In this document: positions 1 to 9,682 of the stretch, piece after piece
Position numbering within the stretch: position 1 is the first letter of the stretch
How the letters are laid out: each line of letters starts with the position of its first letter
IMG/VR virus record: IMGVR_UViG_3300045988_121141
Location: 1-64,000 of that record
Reading direction: 5' to 3' (one strand)
DNA length: 64,000 bases
From: a virus
Program-made: the position numbers and the translations under genes
Notes under the pieces: model-generated
Seen by the model: only the letters and a program-made list of their open reading frames with translations
Database searches by the model: none
Told to the model about the DNA's origin: nothing

Positions 1-34
1 TAAAACACATTTTCGGCGAAACGTTCTCAAAGAA

Positions 35-289
35 GTGGATGCAGACGATTATGTTTTACGCAAGGATAATTGCTATGAAGACTTCATGGCAGGTGCAGAA
101 TGGAGCATCAGCAGCGCGTGGCATGATGCAAGCGAAACACCACAACACAGTGGAATGTTGATTGCTATTAAACAAGATGGAACTCCTATTGTCTGTGGGC
201 CAAATAACTCTAATTGGAAAATAGCTGTTAGAATTTTCCATATCGTAAGATGGACCTACATCGAAAATTTACTGCCTATTACATGTTGA
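35..289 (+). CDS. hypothetical protein (84 aa)
   Basis: ORF in same orientation and packing as downstream operon; no recognisable motif. Confidence 0.4.
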   Translation: MDADDYVLRKDNCYEDFMAGAEWSISSAWHDASETPQHSGMLIAIKQDGTPIVCGPNNSNWKIAVRIFHIVRWTYIENLLPITC

Positions 290-310
290 ATAATATATTT
301 TCACGAGATC

Positions 311-514
311 ATGACCGACAGAGAACTTCTCGAAGAAAACAATAAGATGTTAAAGGAAATTCTAAGTTTTGTGAGAAAAGTTGATTCTGCTGAATACAGG
401 GATCATCAAGACTTTATGGAATTTCTTAGAAATGTGGCAGCCGATATATGGGTAGAATATACGGAGCCTGAACAAAGAGGTAGATTGTTTAATTTAATAA
501 ATAAAAAGAAATGA
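311..514 (+). CDS. hypothetical protein (67 aa)
   Basis: ORF overlapping next gene by 4 nt (ATGA-style coupling). Confidence 0.4.
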   Translation: MTDRELLEENNKMLKEILSFVRKVDSAEYRDHQDFMEFLRNVAADIWVEYTEPEQRGRLFNLINKKK

Positions 515-1176
515 AAACAGTTTTTGATTTAAGCAGAGATGAGATTGTGGCATTGACAGACGAAGAGATAAGTCTGTATATAGACAAAGAGCTTGCTGGT
601 AAAGGTATTCCAATTGAAGCTAAAAACTGGAATATAAAGAACGAAAAAGAAGTCGTGTATCCAAGAACTGGAGTTCCAGTATTTATGTTAAAAGATATCG
701 GCATCGGTTTTAGAACCGTAGAAGGTGCAACTGAGGTGGCTAATTTGCTTGTTAAATATAATGCATTTAAAATAGAATCAAGGTTTCTGACAGGATCGTA
801 TGAACAGTTTTGGATCATAAAAGAAAGTGTTTGCCCGGCTATTAAAGGGGAAGCGGGGTATAGCAAAGAAGAGTTTGATAAGGTAAACAAGGAAAGCAAA
901 GATCCAGAATTGGAAAGTATAAATTCCTTCAATGATACTGTGAAAAAAGCCAATGAAATTAAAGACAGGGTGTTGAAATACGTGTACAACATAAAACAAG
1001 AGCGTTCATATAACAATGACCTGGTTGGTATCTTTGAAAGGTATAAAGATATAGCAGACGGTGATATGGAGGTAGCTATGAATTTTATTAAGGAGGCCTA
1101 TCCATTCAATGAAGAAACAGAATCGTTTATCAGGAAAAAGTTTGACATGCCTATGCCGGACGAATCAAAAGAGTAG
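511..1176 (+). CDS. hypothetical protein (221 aa)
   Basis: Long ORF, coupled start; no motif recognised. Confidence 0.5.
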   Translation: MKTVFDLSRDEIVALTDEEISLYIDKELAGKGIPIEAKNWNIKNEKEVVYPRTGVPVFMLKDIGIGFRTVEGATEVANLLVKYNAFKIESRFLTGSYEQFWIIKESVCPAIKGEAGYSKEEFDKVNKESKDPELESINSFNDTVKKANEIKDRVLKYVYNIKQERSYNNDLVGIFERYKDIADGDMEVAMNFIKEAYPFNEETESFIRKKFDMPMPDESKE

Positions 1177-1350
1177 TAATTAAGCTAAATTAAATCATTT
1201 TGAATCTTTTTTATTATCAAAAGACATATCTTTGTCCAAAAAAACAAACAGAATGGAAGAAAAAGAGATAAAAGAAGCTATGATTGAAGCCCTGACGCAC
1301 TTAGAGGGGTGTAAGTATTTCGTGGCCACGATAGTAAATAATCGAGAATA

Positions 1351-1650
1351 ATACATAACTCATACAAATCATAAACAATTTGTATCGTATTATGTATAAT
1401 AGCCAAAAGCTATTCCGATTATTAGCCTAAGTGTTGAAATAAACACTACGTTATTTGAGAATATATAGTTACCTACGGATGTTTACCCAAGTCTGTAGCT
1501 CTAAGGTAAGTGATTAAACAATGGTTGTATTCGAGCTATAGTGTTGCTTACGAAAAACCTTAAATAACATTGGCGATGGGTACTAACAGAGTTTTACTCT
1601 GACTTATGTTGAATAAACATTAAAAACGTTTGTAGATATGGTGTACGTAC
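1351..1650 (+). ncRNA. candidate IscB omegaRNA (non-coding leader immediately 5' of iscB)
   Basis: About 290 nt without a long ORF directly upstream of and abutting the IscB start; several local and long-range complementary segments (gtgtt/aacac hairpin near 1433, tagctc..gagcta near 1498/1545, gtaag..cttac). Position matches known IscB omegaRNA architecture. Confidence 0.3.
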
Positions 1651-2864
1651 AAGACATAAATGGTAAACCTATGATGCCAACAACAAGACATGGAAAGGTT
1701 AGGAGACTGCTCAAATCAAACAAAGCAGTCGTTGTAAACCTATGTCCGTTTACCATCAAATTAATGTACGTAACATCTGATTACAAACAAGAAATTGTGT
1801 TAGGCGTTGATGCTGGTACTAAACATGTTGGTTTATCGGCTACAACGAAAAGCAAAGAACTTTACAGTAGTGAAGTAATCCTTAGAAATGATATTGTAGA
1901 TCTTTTGTCTACCAGAAGGGAGCTACGAAGATCAAGACGAAATAGATTGAGATATAGAAAACCTCGTTTTGATAATAGAATAAAAAGTAAGCGTCCGGGA
2001 TGGGTAGCACCTTCGGTGAAATACAAAGTAGACGCCCATATTCGTGTTATTGACAATGTATGTTCTATATTACCAATATCTCGTATTGTTATCGAAGTAG
2101 CTCAATTTGATACTCAGAAGATTAACAATCCTGAAATATCAGGTAAAGAATATCAGGAAGGAGATCAACTTGGTTTTTGGAACGTAAGGGAGTATGTTTT
2201 AGCAAGGGATGGACATAAATGTCAGTATTGTAAAGGAAAATCGAAAGATAAGATCCTTAATGTTCATCACATTGAATCTCGAAAGACTGGAGGAAATTCT
2301 CCATCTAATCTTATTACCTTATGTGAAACATGTCATAAAGAATATCACAAAGGCAATATTAATTTAAAAGTAAAACGAGGCAAGTCGCTTCGCGACGCGG
2401 CCGTAATGGGAATTATGAAATGGAGGTTGTATGAAGGATTAAAGTCTAAATATGACAAAGTTTCTATGACTTTCGGTTATGTTACAAAATACAATAGGAT
2501 TTATAACAATATTGAAAAATCCCATGTTTCGGATGCTTTTATTATTTCTAAGAACTTTAATTCTATAAGGTTGGGTTATTATTATAAAGTAAGATTAATT
2601 AGAAGACATAATCGTCAAATTCACAAACAAAAGATTCCAAAAGGAGGGATAAAAAGACCAAATCAATCTCCTTTTGAAGTTTTTGGTTTCCGATTGTTTG
2701 ATAGGGTTATGTTTGAAAACAGTTATTACTTTATATTTGCAAGGCGTAAAACCGGTAGTTTTAATATTCGAGATATTGATGGTAAAAACCAAAGAGATAT
2801 TACATACAAGAAATTGAAATTATCAAGGTGTAAACGCTTTATGGTACAAAAGGAAATGGATTGA
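1638..2864 (+). CDS. iscB: IscB, IS200/IS605-family RNA-guided HNH/RuvC nuclease (OMEGA system)
   Basis: N-terminal PLMP-like domain (GKPMMPTTRHGKVRRLLKSNKAVVV..PFTIKL), RuvC-I (LGVDAGTKHVGLS), Arg-rich bridge helix (RRELRRSRRNRLRYRKPRFDNR), RuvC-II (IVIEVAQFD), HNH (CQYC..HHIESRKTGG..NLITLCETCHKEYH), RuvC-III (SHVSDAFII); 408 aa. Confidence 0.8.
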   Translation: MVYVQDINGKPMMPTTRHGKVRRLLKSNKAVVVNLCPFTIKLMYVTSDYKQEIVLGVDAGTKHVGLSATTKSKELYSSEVILRNDIVDLLSTRRELRRSRRNRLRYRKPRFDNRIKSKRPGWVAPSVKYKVDAHIRVIDNVCSILPISRIVIEVAQFDTQKINNPEISGKEYQEGDQLGFWNVREYVLARDGHKCQYCKGKSKDKILNVHHIESRKTGGNSPSNLITLCETCHKEYHKGNINLKVKRGKSLRDAAVMGIMKWRLYEGLKSKYDKVSMTFGYVTKYNRIYNNIEKSHVSDAFIISKNFNSIRLGYYYKVRLIRRHNRQIHKQKIPKGGIKRPNQSPFEVFGFRLFDRVMFENSYYFIFARRKTGSFNIRDIDGKNQRDITYKKLKLSRCKRFMVQKEMD

Positions 2865-3358
2865 TTAATTTGAATAAAAATATAGACATGAATCGTTGGT
2901 TTGAAATCACAGTAAAAGCCGAGATTGATAATATCGAGAACGGCAAAAAAAAGAAAGTAACTGAAAAGTATTTGGTAGATGCCTTGTCTTACACAGAGGC
3001 AGAATCAAGATCGTTGGAGATCTTTAAGGATTTGTACAATTCTTTCGAGGTTGTAAAAATTAATCCTATTAAAGTGTCGGAAATCTTTTTCAACGGAGAA
3101 GCTGAGTACTGGTATAAGTGTAAGGTGAATTACATTACACTGGATGAAAAGAAAGGTAAAGAAAAGAAAACTCCATGCTATATGTATATCCAGGCCGGCA
3201 ATCCGAAAGACGCTGAGGCTGTGTTGACTAAAGGTATGCAGGGTACGTTAGGAGACTGGAATTGCGAGTCTATTGTGGAAACGAAAATCATTGAAGTGTT
3301 TAAATACGATCTTCAGAAGGGAGCTGAAAAATTAGGCGAGAAGAAGAGTGAAGAGTAA
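2861..3358 (+). CDS. hypothetical protein (165 aa; alternative start near 2888)
   Basis: ORF overlapping iscB stop (ATGA); protein-like composition. Confidence 0.5.
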   Translation: MINLNKNIDMNRWFEITVKAEIDNIENGKKKKVTEKYLVDALSYTEAESRSLEIFKDLYNSFEVVKINPIKVSEIFFNGEAEYWYKCKVNYITLDEKKGKEKKTPCYMYIQAGNPKDAEAVLTKGMQGTLGDWNCESIVETKIIEVFKYDLQKGAEKLGEKKSEE

Positions 3359-3587
3359 GGCTGATGTAGTTTCCAACATAGCGCTTGTTGTGGCGATAAT
3401 ATCATTGCTTTCAGCAGGCGCTTTCCTTCTGATAGTGATTAAGACAGACGAGGTATCTAAATTATTAATGAACGTACCTTATCTACTGGCTTCAGCGGGA
3501 TTATTCTTTTCAATAATATCATTATTATTCGAATGGAAAGCAAGGAAAAGAAGCTATACGTCTGCGAAAAATGCGGACGAAAAGTAA
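3348..3587 (+). CDS. small membrane protein (79 aa)
   Basis: Two hydrophobic helices (IALVVAIISLLSAGAFLLIVI; LLASAGLFFSIISLLF). Confidence 0.45.
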   Translation: MKSKADVVSNIALVVAIISLLSAGAFLLIVIKTDEVSKLLMNVPYLLASAGLFFSIISLLFEWKARKRSYTSAKNADEK

Positions 3588-4057
3588 TGATAAGAAGTCA
3601 TGGCTTATGCCAGGCTTGCAGGAGCAAAGAGTTGACTCCGAAGAAAAAAGACAGAATTACATCCATTAAAAACAGCAGCAAGAAGAAAAAGTTAGAGAAC
3701 CCGGATTTATCCGGGTTTTTTCGTCTTATGTTGGAGGAGTTGAGTACTATTCGAATGTCTATGACCGGTAAGGCTATTCATTTTCCTACAGTATGTAACG
3801 TATGTCACATACTTCCGAAAAGGTTATATAAGTCGGTTGCTACTTGCAGGGATAATATAGTTTTCCTACATGAATCGGAGCATACGGTATTCGACATGTA
3901 TCTTGACAGGATGGAATTTGATAAACTTGAAACAGAATTTCCTTTTGTGTGGAAGTATGCGGTAAAGAAGGTACTGGATATGGAAAACAGGGGAATGATT
4001 AAAGAAAGAGGTAGATTAATTATTGAAATAATTGACAGATATGAGAAAACTTTATAA
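3533..4057 (+). CDS. zinc-ribbon protein (174 aa)
   Basis: CEKCG...CQAC Cys4 zinc-ribbon motif at N-terminus. Confidence 0.5.
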   Translation: MESKEKKLYVCEKCGRKVMIRSHGLCQACRSKELTPKKKDRITSIKNSSKKKKLENPDLSGFFRLMLEELSTIRMSMTGKAIHFPTVCNVCHILPKRLYKSVATCRDNIVFLHESEHTVFDMYLDRMEFDKLETEFPFVWKYAVKKVLDMENRGMIKERGRLIIEIIDRYEKTL

Positions 4058-4217
4058 AATAAGAATAGAAGCTGACAATGAAACTATCTTTTATGCTCAC
4101 ATACAGAGAGAGAGTTATGGTAAGGATATAGCTATCGCAGTGAAAGATAAAGATAAAGATGAAGTGGAAACAGTGTTACATTGTATTAAAGAAGAATTGA
4201 TTAGAGGAAGATCATGA
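4032..4217 (+). CDS. hypothetical protein (61 aa)
   Basis: Small ORF filling gap, coupled to next gene. Confidence 0.35.
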   Translation: MTDMRKLYKIRIEADNETIFYAHIQRESYGKDIAIAVKDKDKDEVETVLHCIKEELIRGRS

Positions 4218-5530
4218 AAGAGAAAATAAAAATATTGACAGATTTAGGATTTGTTCCTATGGTGGAAGGAGAAGGAAATACGTTGTTTAGAATGAACGAT
4301 GTTGTGATGTCGGTGTCAGATCCTAATCAAACACCAGAGCAGTTGAAGAAGGAGGTTATGTCTTTAATAAAGAACAGAGACATAGCAGAAAGAGGCGGAC
4401 AGGTTCCAGTAGTTGAAGAGCCGGCGCCTGAGCCAGAGCAGGCCCAGAAGGAGGAACCGGAAGCTCCGGCGGAGGAAGCCGCTTCTAACCCTGGAGAAGA
4501 GGATTCGAATCCGTTTACAGAAAATCAGGAAACGTTAGAGCCGTTTTATATCTGTGATGAGTTAAAGAAGATTGAGACTCCCAAATTCGTAAGATTGACA
4601 TTAGACGGTAATCGTTTTTATGTAAGAAAGATGGACGATGGGACAGCCAAGATATACGCCTCGGTAACAACCATGATTAGAGACGGATTCGTAGATGACA
4701 AGACGGCTCTTCAAGAATGGAGACAGGAGATGAGGATGATTGGTCGCAATCCGGAAGAAGTATCAGAATATGATGCAGATAAAGGAACGATCATGCACTA
4801 CCTATACGGATTATACTTGACAGGTAGAGATATGGTCTTAAATCGAAGTTTTATAGTTAAGACAGTGCAAGAAGGCAAGCTTAAAATATCAAAAAAGAAT
4901 CTTGACAAATTCTTTGGTAGCATAGATGATCTTGACGATATGATTGTCAGAGTTATGAAGTTTGCTAAGTTTTGTTCGGAGTATAAGGTTAAGCCGATGA
5001 TGATTGAAAGAATATTGTCATTAGAAGATTATTTGGTAGCTACGCCGATAGATGCGATGGTTAAAATGACATTCAAATACAAAGAAGAAGGTTGTTTTGG
5101 AGCCGTGTATCAAAGGGCTACGGGGCAGTTCAAAAAAGGAGATCCGAAGAAGGAAGTGAGAGAAGTGGAGAAAGAAGAGATTGTTATCTTAGATTTTAAA
5201 TCAGGTGACATACGAAATGAACATGCTTTTCAATTGGAGGCTGAAAGGAGAATGGTTAAAAACTGGTACGGAATTGATGCACGTATTATGAATTTTTCTC
5301 CAAAAAGCACGAACAGTAAAGGTTATACGCTAAAAGAATGGTCTGATAAAAATGCTGCTATGGAGAAAGCGGACTGTGTGTTCCAACAAGGGATGTTGAA
5401 TCATATCAGAAAAGATAAGAGGTTTAAAGTGAGAAAAGGAGTGCTGAATATCAATAAGCCGTACAATGAAGAGGATCATATTGTCGTATATGATATTGCT
5501 GAGGAAATGTCTAAAAGATTCGTAATATGA
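4214..5530 (+). CDS. hypothetical protein with acidic Pro/Glu-rich linker; possible PD-(D/E)xK-type nuclease C-terminal domain
   Basis: 438 aa; ILDFKSGD...QLEAE motif resembling the IDWKSG motif of the RecB/Cas4-like nuclease at 14198. Confidence 0.5.
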   Translation: MKEKIKILTDLGFVPMVEGEGNTLFRMNDVVMSVSDPNQTPEQLKKEVMSLIKNRDIAERGGQVPVVEEPAPEPEQAQKEEPEAPAEEAASNPGEEDSNPFTENQETLEPFYICDELKKIETPKFVRLTLDGNRFYVRKMDDGTAKIYASVTTMIRDGFVDDKTALQEWRQEMRMIGRNPEEVSEYDADKGTIMHYLYGLYLTGRDMVLNRSFIVKTVQEGKLKISKKNLDKFFGSIDDLDDMIVRVMKFAKFCSEYKVKPMMIERILSLEDYLVATPIDAMVKMTFKYKEEGCFGAVYQRATGQFKKGDPKKEVREVEKEEIVILDFKSGDIRNEHAFQLEAERRMVKNWYGIDARIMNFSPKSTNSKGYTLKEWSDKNAAMEKADCVFQQGMLNHIRKDKRFKVRKGVLNINKPYNEEDHIVVYDIAEEMSKRFVI

Positions 5531-5760
5531 GTGATATTGTTATTCCTGAAGGAGATTATGTGGAAATCGTAAAAGCGATATGTATCAATCCTTTTGGTAA
5601 TTATTTCATTAACATCAAAAGGGGTTCAAGATTAAGATTATCGAAAGATTTGAAAATAGGGGATAAGTATGCAATATGCATACTCACATCTTATGAGAAA
5701 TATGGTAAGACCGTTAAAGTAGTAATGCCTATACTGGTTAGAAACACAAGAAGAGTATGA
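5527..5760 (+). CDS. hypothetical protein (77 aa)
   Basis: Coupled ORF. Confidence 0.4.
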   Translation: MSDIVIPEGDYVEIVKAICINPFGNYFINIKRGSRLRLSKDLKIGDKYAICILTSYEKYGKTVKVVMPILVRNTRRV

Positions 5761-6107
5761 AAAGAAAAATTAGAAGAACCGGGGAGATAATAGACGTAAT
5801 CACCTTCAGCGGCTCAACTACAAGAAGCGACTGTGACAAAATACAGTTCTATGACAGAAACGGAAGTGTGATAAATGAGAGTTTAAATTATTATCTCGAT
5901 ACCCTTCCTGTGGATGATGAAAACAAAGACGTAGATTGGGAACAACGTAGATTCGATCTTGTTAAGGCTTATTCTATTGAGTTTATTAAAACGCTGCATA
6001 GAAAAGGAGAAATAGATTGCGGAGTATATGTACCAGATGTGGTGTCATGGTCTATAACTATAGCAGATAGAATCATAGAAGCAATGAGAGGAGTTAAAAA
6101 TGCTTGA
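5757..6107 (+). CDS. hypothetical protein (116 aa)
   Basis: Coupled ORF. Confidence 0.45.
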   Translation: MKRKIRRTGEIIDVITFSGSTTRSDCDKIQFYDRNGSVINESLNYYLDTLPVDDENKDVDWEQRRFDLVKAYSIEFIKTLHRKGEIDCGVYVPDVVSWSITIADRIIEAMRGVKNA

Positions 6108-7113
6108 TTTCAGAAGATACGAAAACGTACCCCGGTTTCAACTTGACCGCAGACCTGGCAGGAGCCGACTAAAGCTAACCTGCCCGGCTTGCGGAAAAAG
6201 CCGGTGCCTCACTCCTTATATTGATGTGGCAACAGGTCAGGTTGTTGGAAACGAGTTCGGAAGATGCGATCATGAACGGACTTGCGGTTACGATAAACGA
6301 CCTACTGGTAAGGATGTAGGTGATAAAGATCTTTGGATTTCGGGAAATAAGTGTATAAGAGCTTATCGTCCTCCTGTAAATCCTGACGTTGTAAATTACA
6401 TACCTTTTAGCGAGTTTGAGAGGACTGTGGTTCCAGACGATAGAAACACCGTATTTAGATTTTTATCGTCTCTGTGGGGGAAAGAAAGGGTGTCTGATGT
6501 GTTCAGAAGGTACCATGTCGGAACAATGGATTTATGGGGATGGAAAGGGTGTTGTATATTCTGGCAGATAGACAAAGATTTTGTATGTAGAACCGGCAAG
6601 ATCATGGACTTTTATATAAAGACCGACAGCCAGGGGAATGAGATTGATGTAAAAAGAGTGAAGGAAAAAGACGGTGACAATGAGCGGCCTCATGTTATGT
6701 TTTATCACTCGTTGCATGCAAGAGACTTCTTGTTTAGGCAATGCCTGTTCGGAGAGCATCTTCTAAGCCAGTATCCGGATAAGGTGGTTAATCTGGTGGA
6801 ATCAGAAAAGACGGCTATTATATGCGCTGTGAATAAACCAGATGAGTTATTTGTAGCTACCGGTGGGTTGCAGAATCTAAGGCCGGAAGTGATAGATGTT
6901 TTAAAAGATAGAAAGACTGTAGCTTTTCCGGACAAAGGACAAGCATTTGAGACATGGAGTAAAAAGATAGATGGGATGATGATGAAGTCAAGGATAAAAG
7001 TATCGGACTATCTTCAAAATGTTGAAAATGTAGGAGACGGAGATGATGTGGCAGATTTGATAATTAGTAACAAGATAAAAGAAAAATATCATGAGCCTGG
7101 ATGTTTATATTAA
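6100..7113 (+). CDS. primase-like protein (zinc-binding domain plus TOPRIM-like region)
   Basis: CPACGKS..C..H..C zinc motif near N-terminus; VESEKTAIICAV...VAFPDKGQAF resembles TOPRIM acidic motifs; location beside helicase. Confidence 0.4.
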   Translation: MLDFRRYENVPRFQLDRRPGRSRLKLTCPACGKSRCLTPYIDVATGQVVGNEFGRCDHERTCGYDKRPTGKDVGDKDLWISGNKCIRAYRPPVNPDVVNYIPFSEFERTVVPDDRNTVFRFLSSLWGKERVSDVFRRYHVGTMDLWGWKGCCIFWQIDKDFVCRTGKIMDFYIKTDSQGNEIDVKRVKEKDGDNERPHVMFYHSLHARDFLFRQCLFGEHLLSQYPDKVVNLVESEKTAIICAVNKPDELFVATGGLQNLRPEVIDVLKDRKTVAFPDKGQAFETWSKKIDGMMMKSRIKVSDYLQNVENVGDGDDVADLIISNKIKEKYHEPGCLY

Positions 7114-7441
7114 GAACAAGAAGAAAGAAGATCGTGAATGGGTTGCAAACATTACCCACAACATGAACAAGATGGCACAAAGGATATTCGTATCAGAAAA
7201 TAAAGAAACGCTGTACGATTATGTTTGGAGACCAGAAGAATTGTATAGAGAAATATATACCAATGAGATGAAGAATGTACTTACAAAAGGTATATGTATT
7301 ATGATCTCCAAGAGAAAAAGTCTTTTGAAATACGAGCCAGAAAATGGATGGGGGTCTTATGATTCATTTCTTAAGTTTCTTATCGAATATAAAGAGGCGT
7401 GTGAAGATCATCCGGGTTATATAATTGAAGCAAGTAGATAA
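7091..7441 (+). CDS. hypothetical protein (116 aa)
   Basis: Coupled ORF. Confidence 0.45.
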   Translation: MSLDVYIKNKKKEDREWVANITHNMNKMAQRIFVSENKETLYDYVWRPEELYREIYTNEMKNVLTKGICIMISKRKSLLKYEPENGWGSYDSFLKFLIEYKEACEDHPGYIIEASR

Positions 7442-7700
7442 TATGGAAAATTACAAAAACACTTTAAATGAGGTAGTGGTGATCGAATCATCACCAGAAA
7501 CGTATTTTGTTTACGCTATTCGTAATGCTATTCGTATCTCTAAATGTGCGTATCCGACAGCCAAGAAAGTAATTTTCAAAAGAGAGGACGTAGAGGTAGA
7601 GATTTCGGAAATGGAAACTGAGAGCAGTTTGTATGAAAAGTTTAAAGAAAAACAAAAGAATAGGGTATGGAACTTAATGAGCGCCAACAACGGGTTTTAA
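7425..7700 (+). CDS. hypothetical protein (91 aa)
   Basis: Coupled ORF. Confidence 0.4.
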   Translation: MKQVDNMENYKNTLNEVVVIESSPETYFVYAIRNAIRISKCAYPTAKKVIFKREDVEVEISEMETESSLYEKFKEKQKNRVWNLMSANNGF

Positions 7701-8233
7701 GAGGCGAAATTTGTCCTTATTGTGGAAGAGAAACCGAGTTGGTCAATGCCGATAAAATATATAGCAGAAAAGACTTAGGGATGGTTATGATGTGTAAACC
7801 ATGCAATGCTTATGTCGGTGTTCATGAATCAGGGCCGAATAAGGGAAAAGCTAAAGGCCGGCTTGCAGGGCCATCACTGAGGTCTCTTAAGATAAGGGTC
7901 CATGCCGAACTTGACAGACTATGGTCTACGCCGGAGGAACGGGAAAGGATGTATAAAGATTTATCTGAATTTCTCTCTATACCGGAAGAGTACACACATA
8001 TAGGTATGTTCGGAGAGAAGACGATGGGGAAAATCTTTCAGTTCTGTCATGTAAACAAAGAGCGATCAGGTTCGAGAATAGAATGGCATAAGCCTGGAGA
8101 TAAGTGCCCTAACAAAAACAATCAAATAGTGTCAGGCAGTAGCGCATGCAGAGGATGTCCTGAGTATCTTCATGATGAGAAAGACGGGTATGTCTGGTGT
8201 GATCCCGACATGAGCTACGGTAGGTTGAAATAG
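7667..8233 (+). CDS. zinc-ribbon protein (188 aa)
   Basis: CPYCG...CKPC and CRGC Cys clusters. Confidence 0.5.
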   Translation: MELNERQQRVLRGEICPYCGRETELVNADKIYSRKDLGMVMMCKPCNAYVGVHESGPNKGKAKGRLAGPSLRSLKIRVHAELDRLWSTPEERERMYKDLSEFLSIPEEYTHIGMFGEKTMGKIFQFCHVNKERSGSRIEWHKPGDKCPNKNNQIVSGSSACRGCPEYLHDEKDGYVWCDPDMSYGRLK

Positions 8234-8241
8234 GGCGCGAA

Positions 8242-8565
8242 TTGCCTATCTTTGTGCTATTATTAATCAAAAAAAAATATAAGCACATGGGCAGATCAAC
8301 AGAGTACTACAGGACTCATCCCGAAGCCAGGAAGAAAAAGGCTAAAAAGGACAAGGAAATAAATGCCAGACCGGAACAGAAAGCCAAACGCCGAGAGCTT
8401 GGTCGTAAAAACTACGAAACGGACAAGAAGAAGGGTAAGGGCTGGAGAAAAGGAAAGGATTGTTCTCATACCAAGAACGGTCTTAGGTATAAATCAGTAA
8501 AAGCTAATAGGGGATCCAAATCGGATACGAAAGGTGACAAAAATGCAAGAGGATCTGAAAAATAA
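8242..8565 (+). CDS. highly basic Lys/Arg-rich protein (107 aa), possible nucleic-acid binding
   Basis: Composition: KKKAKKDKE..KAKRRELGRK..KKKGKGWRKGK. Confidence 0.4.
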   Translation: MPIFVLLLIKKKYKHMGRSTEYYRTHPEARKKKAKKDKEINARPEQKAKRRELGRKNYETDKKKGKGWRKGKDCSHTKNGLRYKSVKANRGSKSDTKGDKNARGSEK

Positions 8566-9667
8566 AATAGATATAAGAAGGATATTCAAGACCTCTAAAC
8601 AGGTTATGGAAGAGGCGTATGAGAATATCTTGAAATACAGGCGGGGAGAGCTTATCCCCGCTAAAACCGGATACGATTATATTGATGAGGCTTTGCTTGG
8701 AGGTATTTTTCCTCAGCACGCTATTGCCATAGGAGCCCGGCCATCTGTAGGTAAATCGTATGTGGCCCAAAAGATATTGGAAAATGTGATGAATCCGATG
8801 ATCAACCCGCAAGCAGAAGATTATTTTCTTGTTAATTGCGAGTTCGAAATGAATCCTCAAGATCTTCTTCTTCGCAGAATGAGCCAGGATATGAAAAAGC
8901 GAGCTCCTGAAATATTAAGAAGGCAAGATTCTAATACAGTAGAAGAGATGAGGATGTTTGAAATCCTTCAAGGTGAAATCAGGAATAATATAATATACAT
9001 CGATGCTCCGTGTACGGTAAAAGAGTTTGAGGCGGCTGTGTATCATATAGCTACCAAACACAAAGACAAACGTCTTATAATATTTAAAGTCGATCATATT
9101 GCTTTGATAAAAAGAATGGGGTTAGATCCTAAGTCGGCTATAGATGATTTGGTGGCGGTTATGAACGAAGCTAAATTAGTATATAAAAACATATTTTTCC
9201 TCATCATATCCCAATTCAACAGAGAGATAGAAGGAAGGATAAAAAGCCCACAAGAGCAGCCTCCGCGTCTTTCTGATTTTTACCAGTCTGATACGCTGGG
9301 TCAGTTATGTACGTTAATGATAGGTTTGCACAATCCTCGTAGGTACGGGCTGGATAAGTATATGATATTTGGGAAAGATTGGTATCAGACTCTTGATAGG
9401 TTTAAAACTGAAAACAAAACATCATTCAGGACAGCCGGACTGGTGTTTCATCATATACTGAAGGTAAGGCAAGTTAGTATGGAAGAGCTTACTAATACAA
9501 TCCACCCAGAGATCTTGCCGGGGCATGGATGGATGTACGGGGAGGGAGGGACGAAGTTCGTGAACCCCAACCAGCCGCCGACGCCGCCCAAGCTCTATAC
9601 TGTGGAAGACGTTACGGACAATCAGGAACAAGAACAAGAGACAAAAGAAGAACAGTCATTGTATTAA
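8534..9667 (+). CDS. DnaB-like replicative helicase (RecA-fold C-terminal domain)
   Basis: Walker A GARPSVGKS; DnaB H4-like motif LIISQFNREIEGR; 377 aa. Confidence 0.65.
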   Translation: MTKMQEDLKNKIDIRRIFKTSKQVMEEAYENILKYRRGELIPAKTGYDYIDEALLGGIFPQHAIAIGARPSVGKSYVAQKILENVMNPMINPQAEDYFLVNCEFEMNPQDLLLRRMSQDMKKRAPEILRRQDSNTVEEMRMFEILQGEIRNNIIYIDAPCTVKEFEAAVYHIATKHKDKRLIIFKVDHIALIKRMGLDPKSAIDDLVAVMNEAKLVYKNIFFLIISQFNREIEGRIKSPQEQPPRLSDFYQSDTLGQLCTLMIGLHNPRRYGLDKYMIFGKDWYQTLDRFKTENKTSFRTAGLVFHHILKVRQVSMEELTNTIHPEILPGHGWMYGEGGTKFVNPNQPPTPPKLYTVEDVTDNQEQEQETKEEQSLY

Positions 9668-9682
9668 AAAAAAATAAGAACC

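Noticed and set aside
1252-1350. 33-aa ORF (MEEKEIKEAMIEALTHLEGCKYFVATIVNNRE) in the IscB upstream region
   Set aside because: Too short to support; may be a remnant within the IS left end/omegaRNA region.
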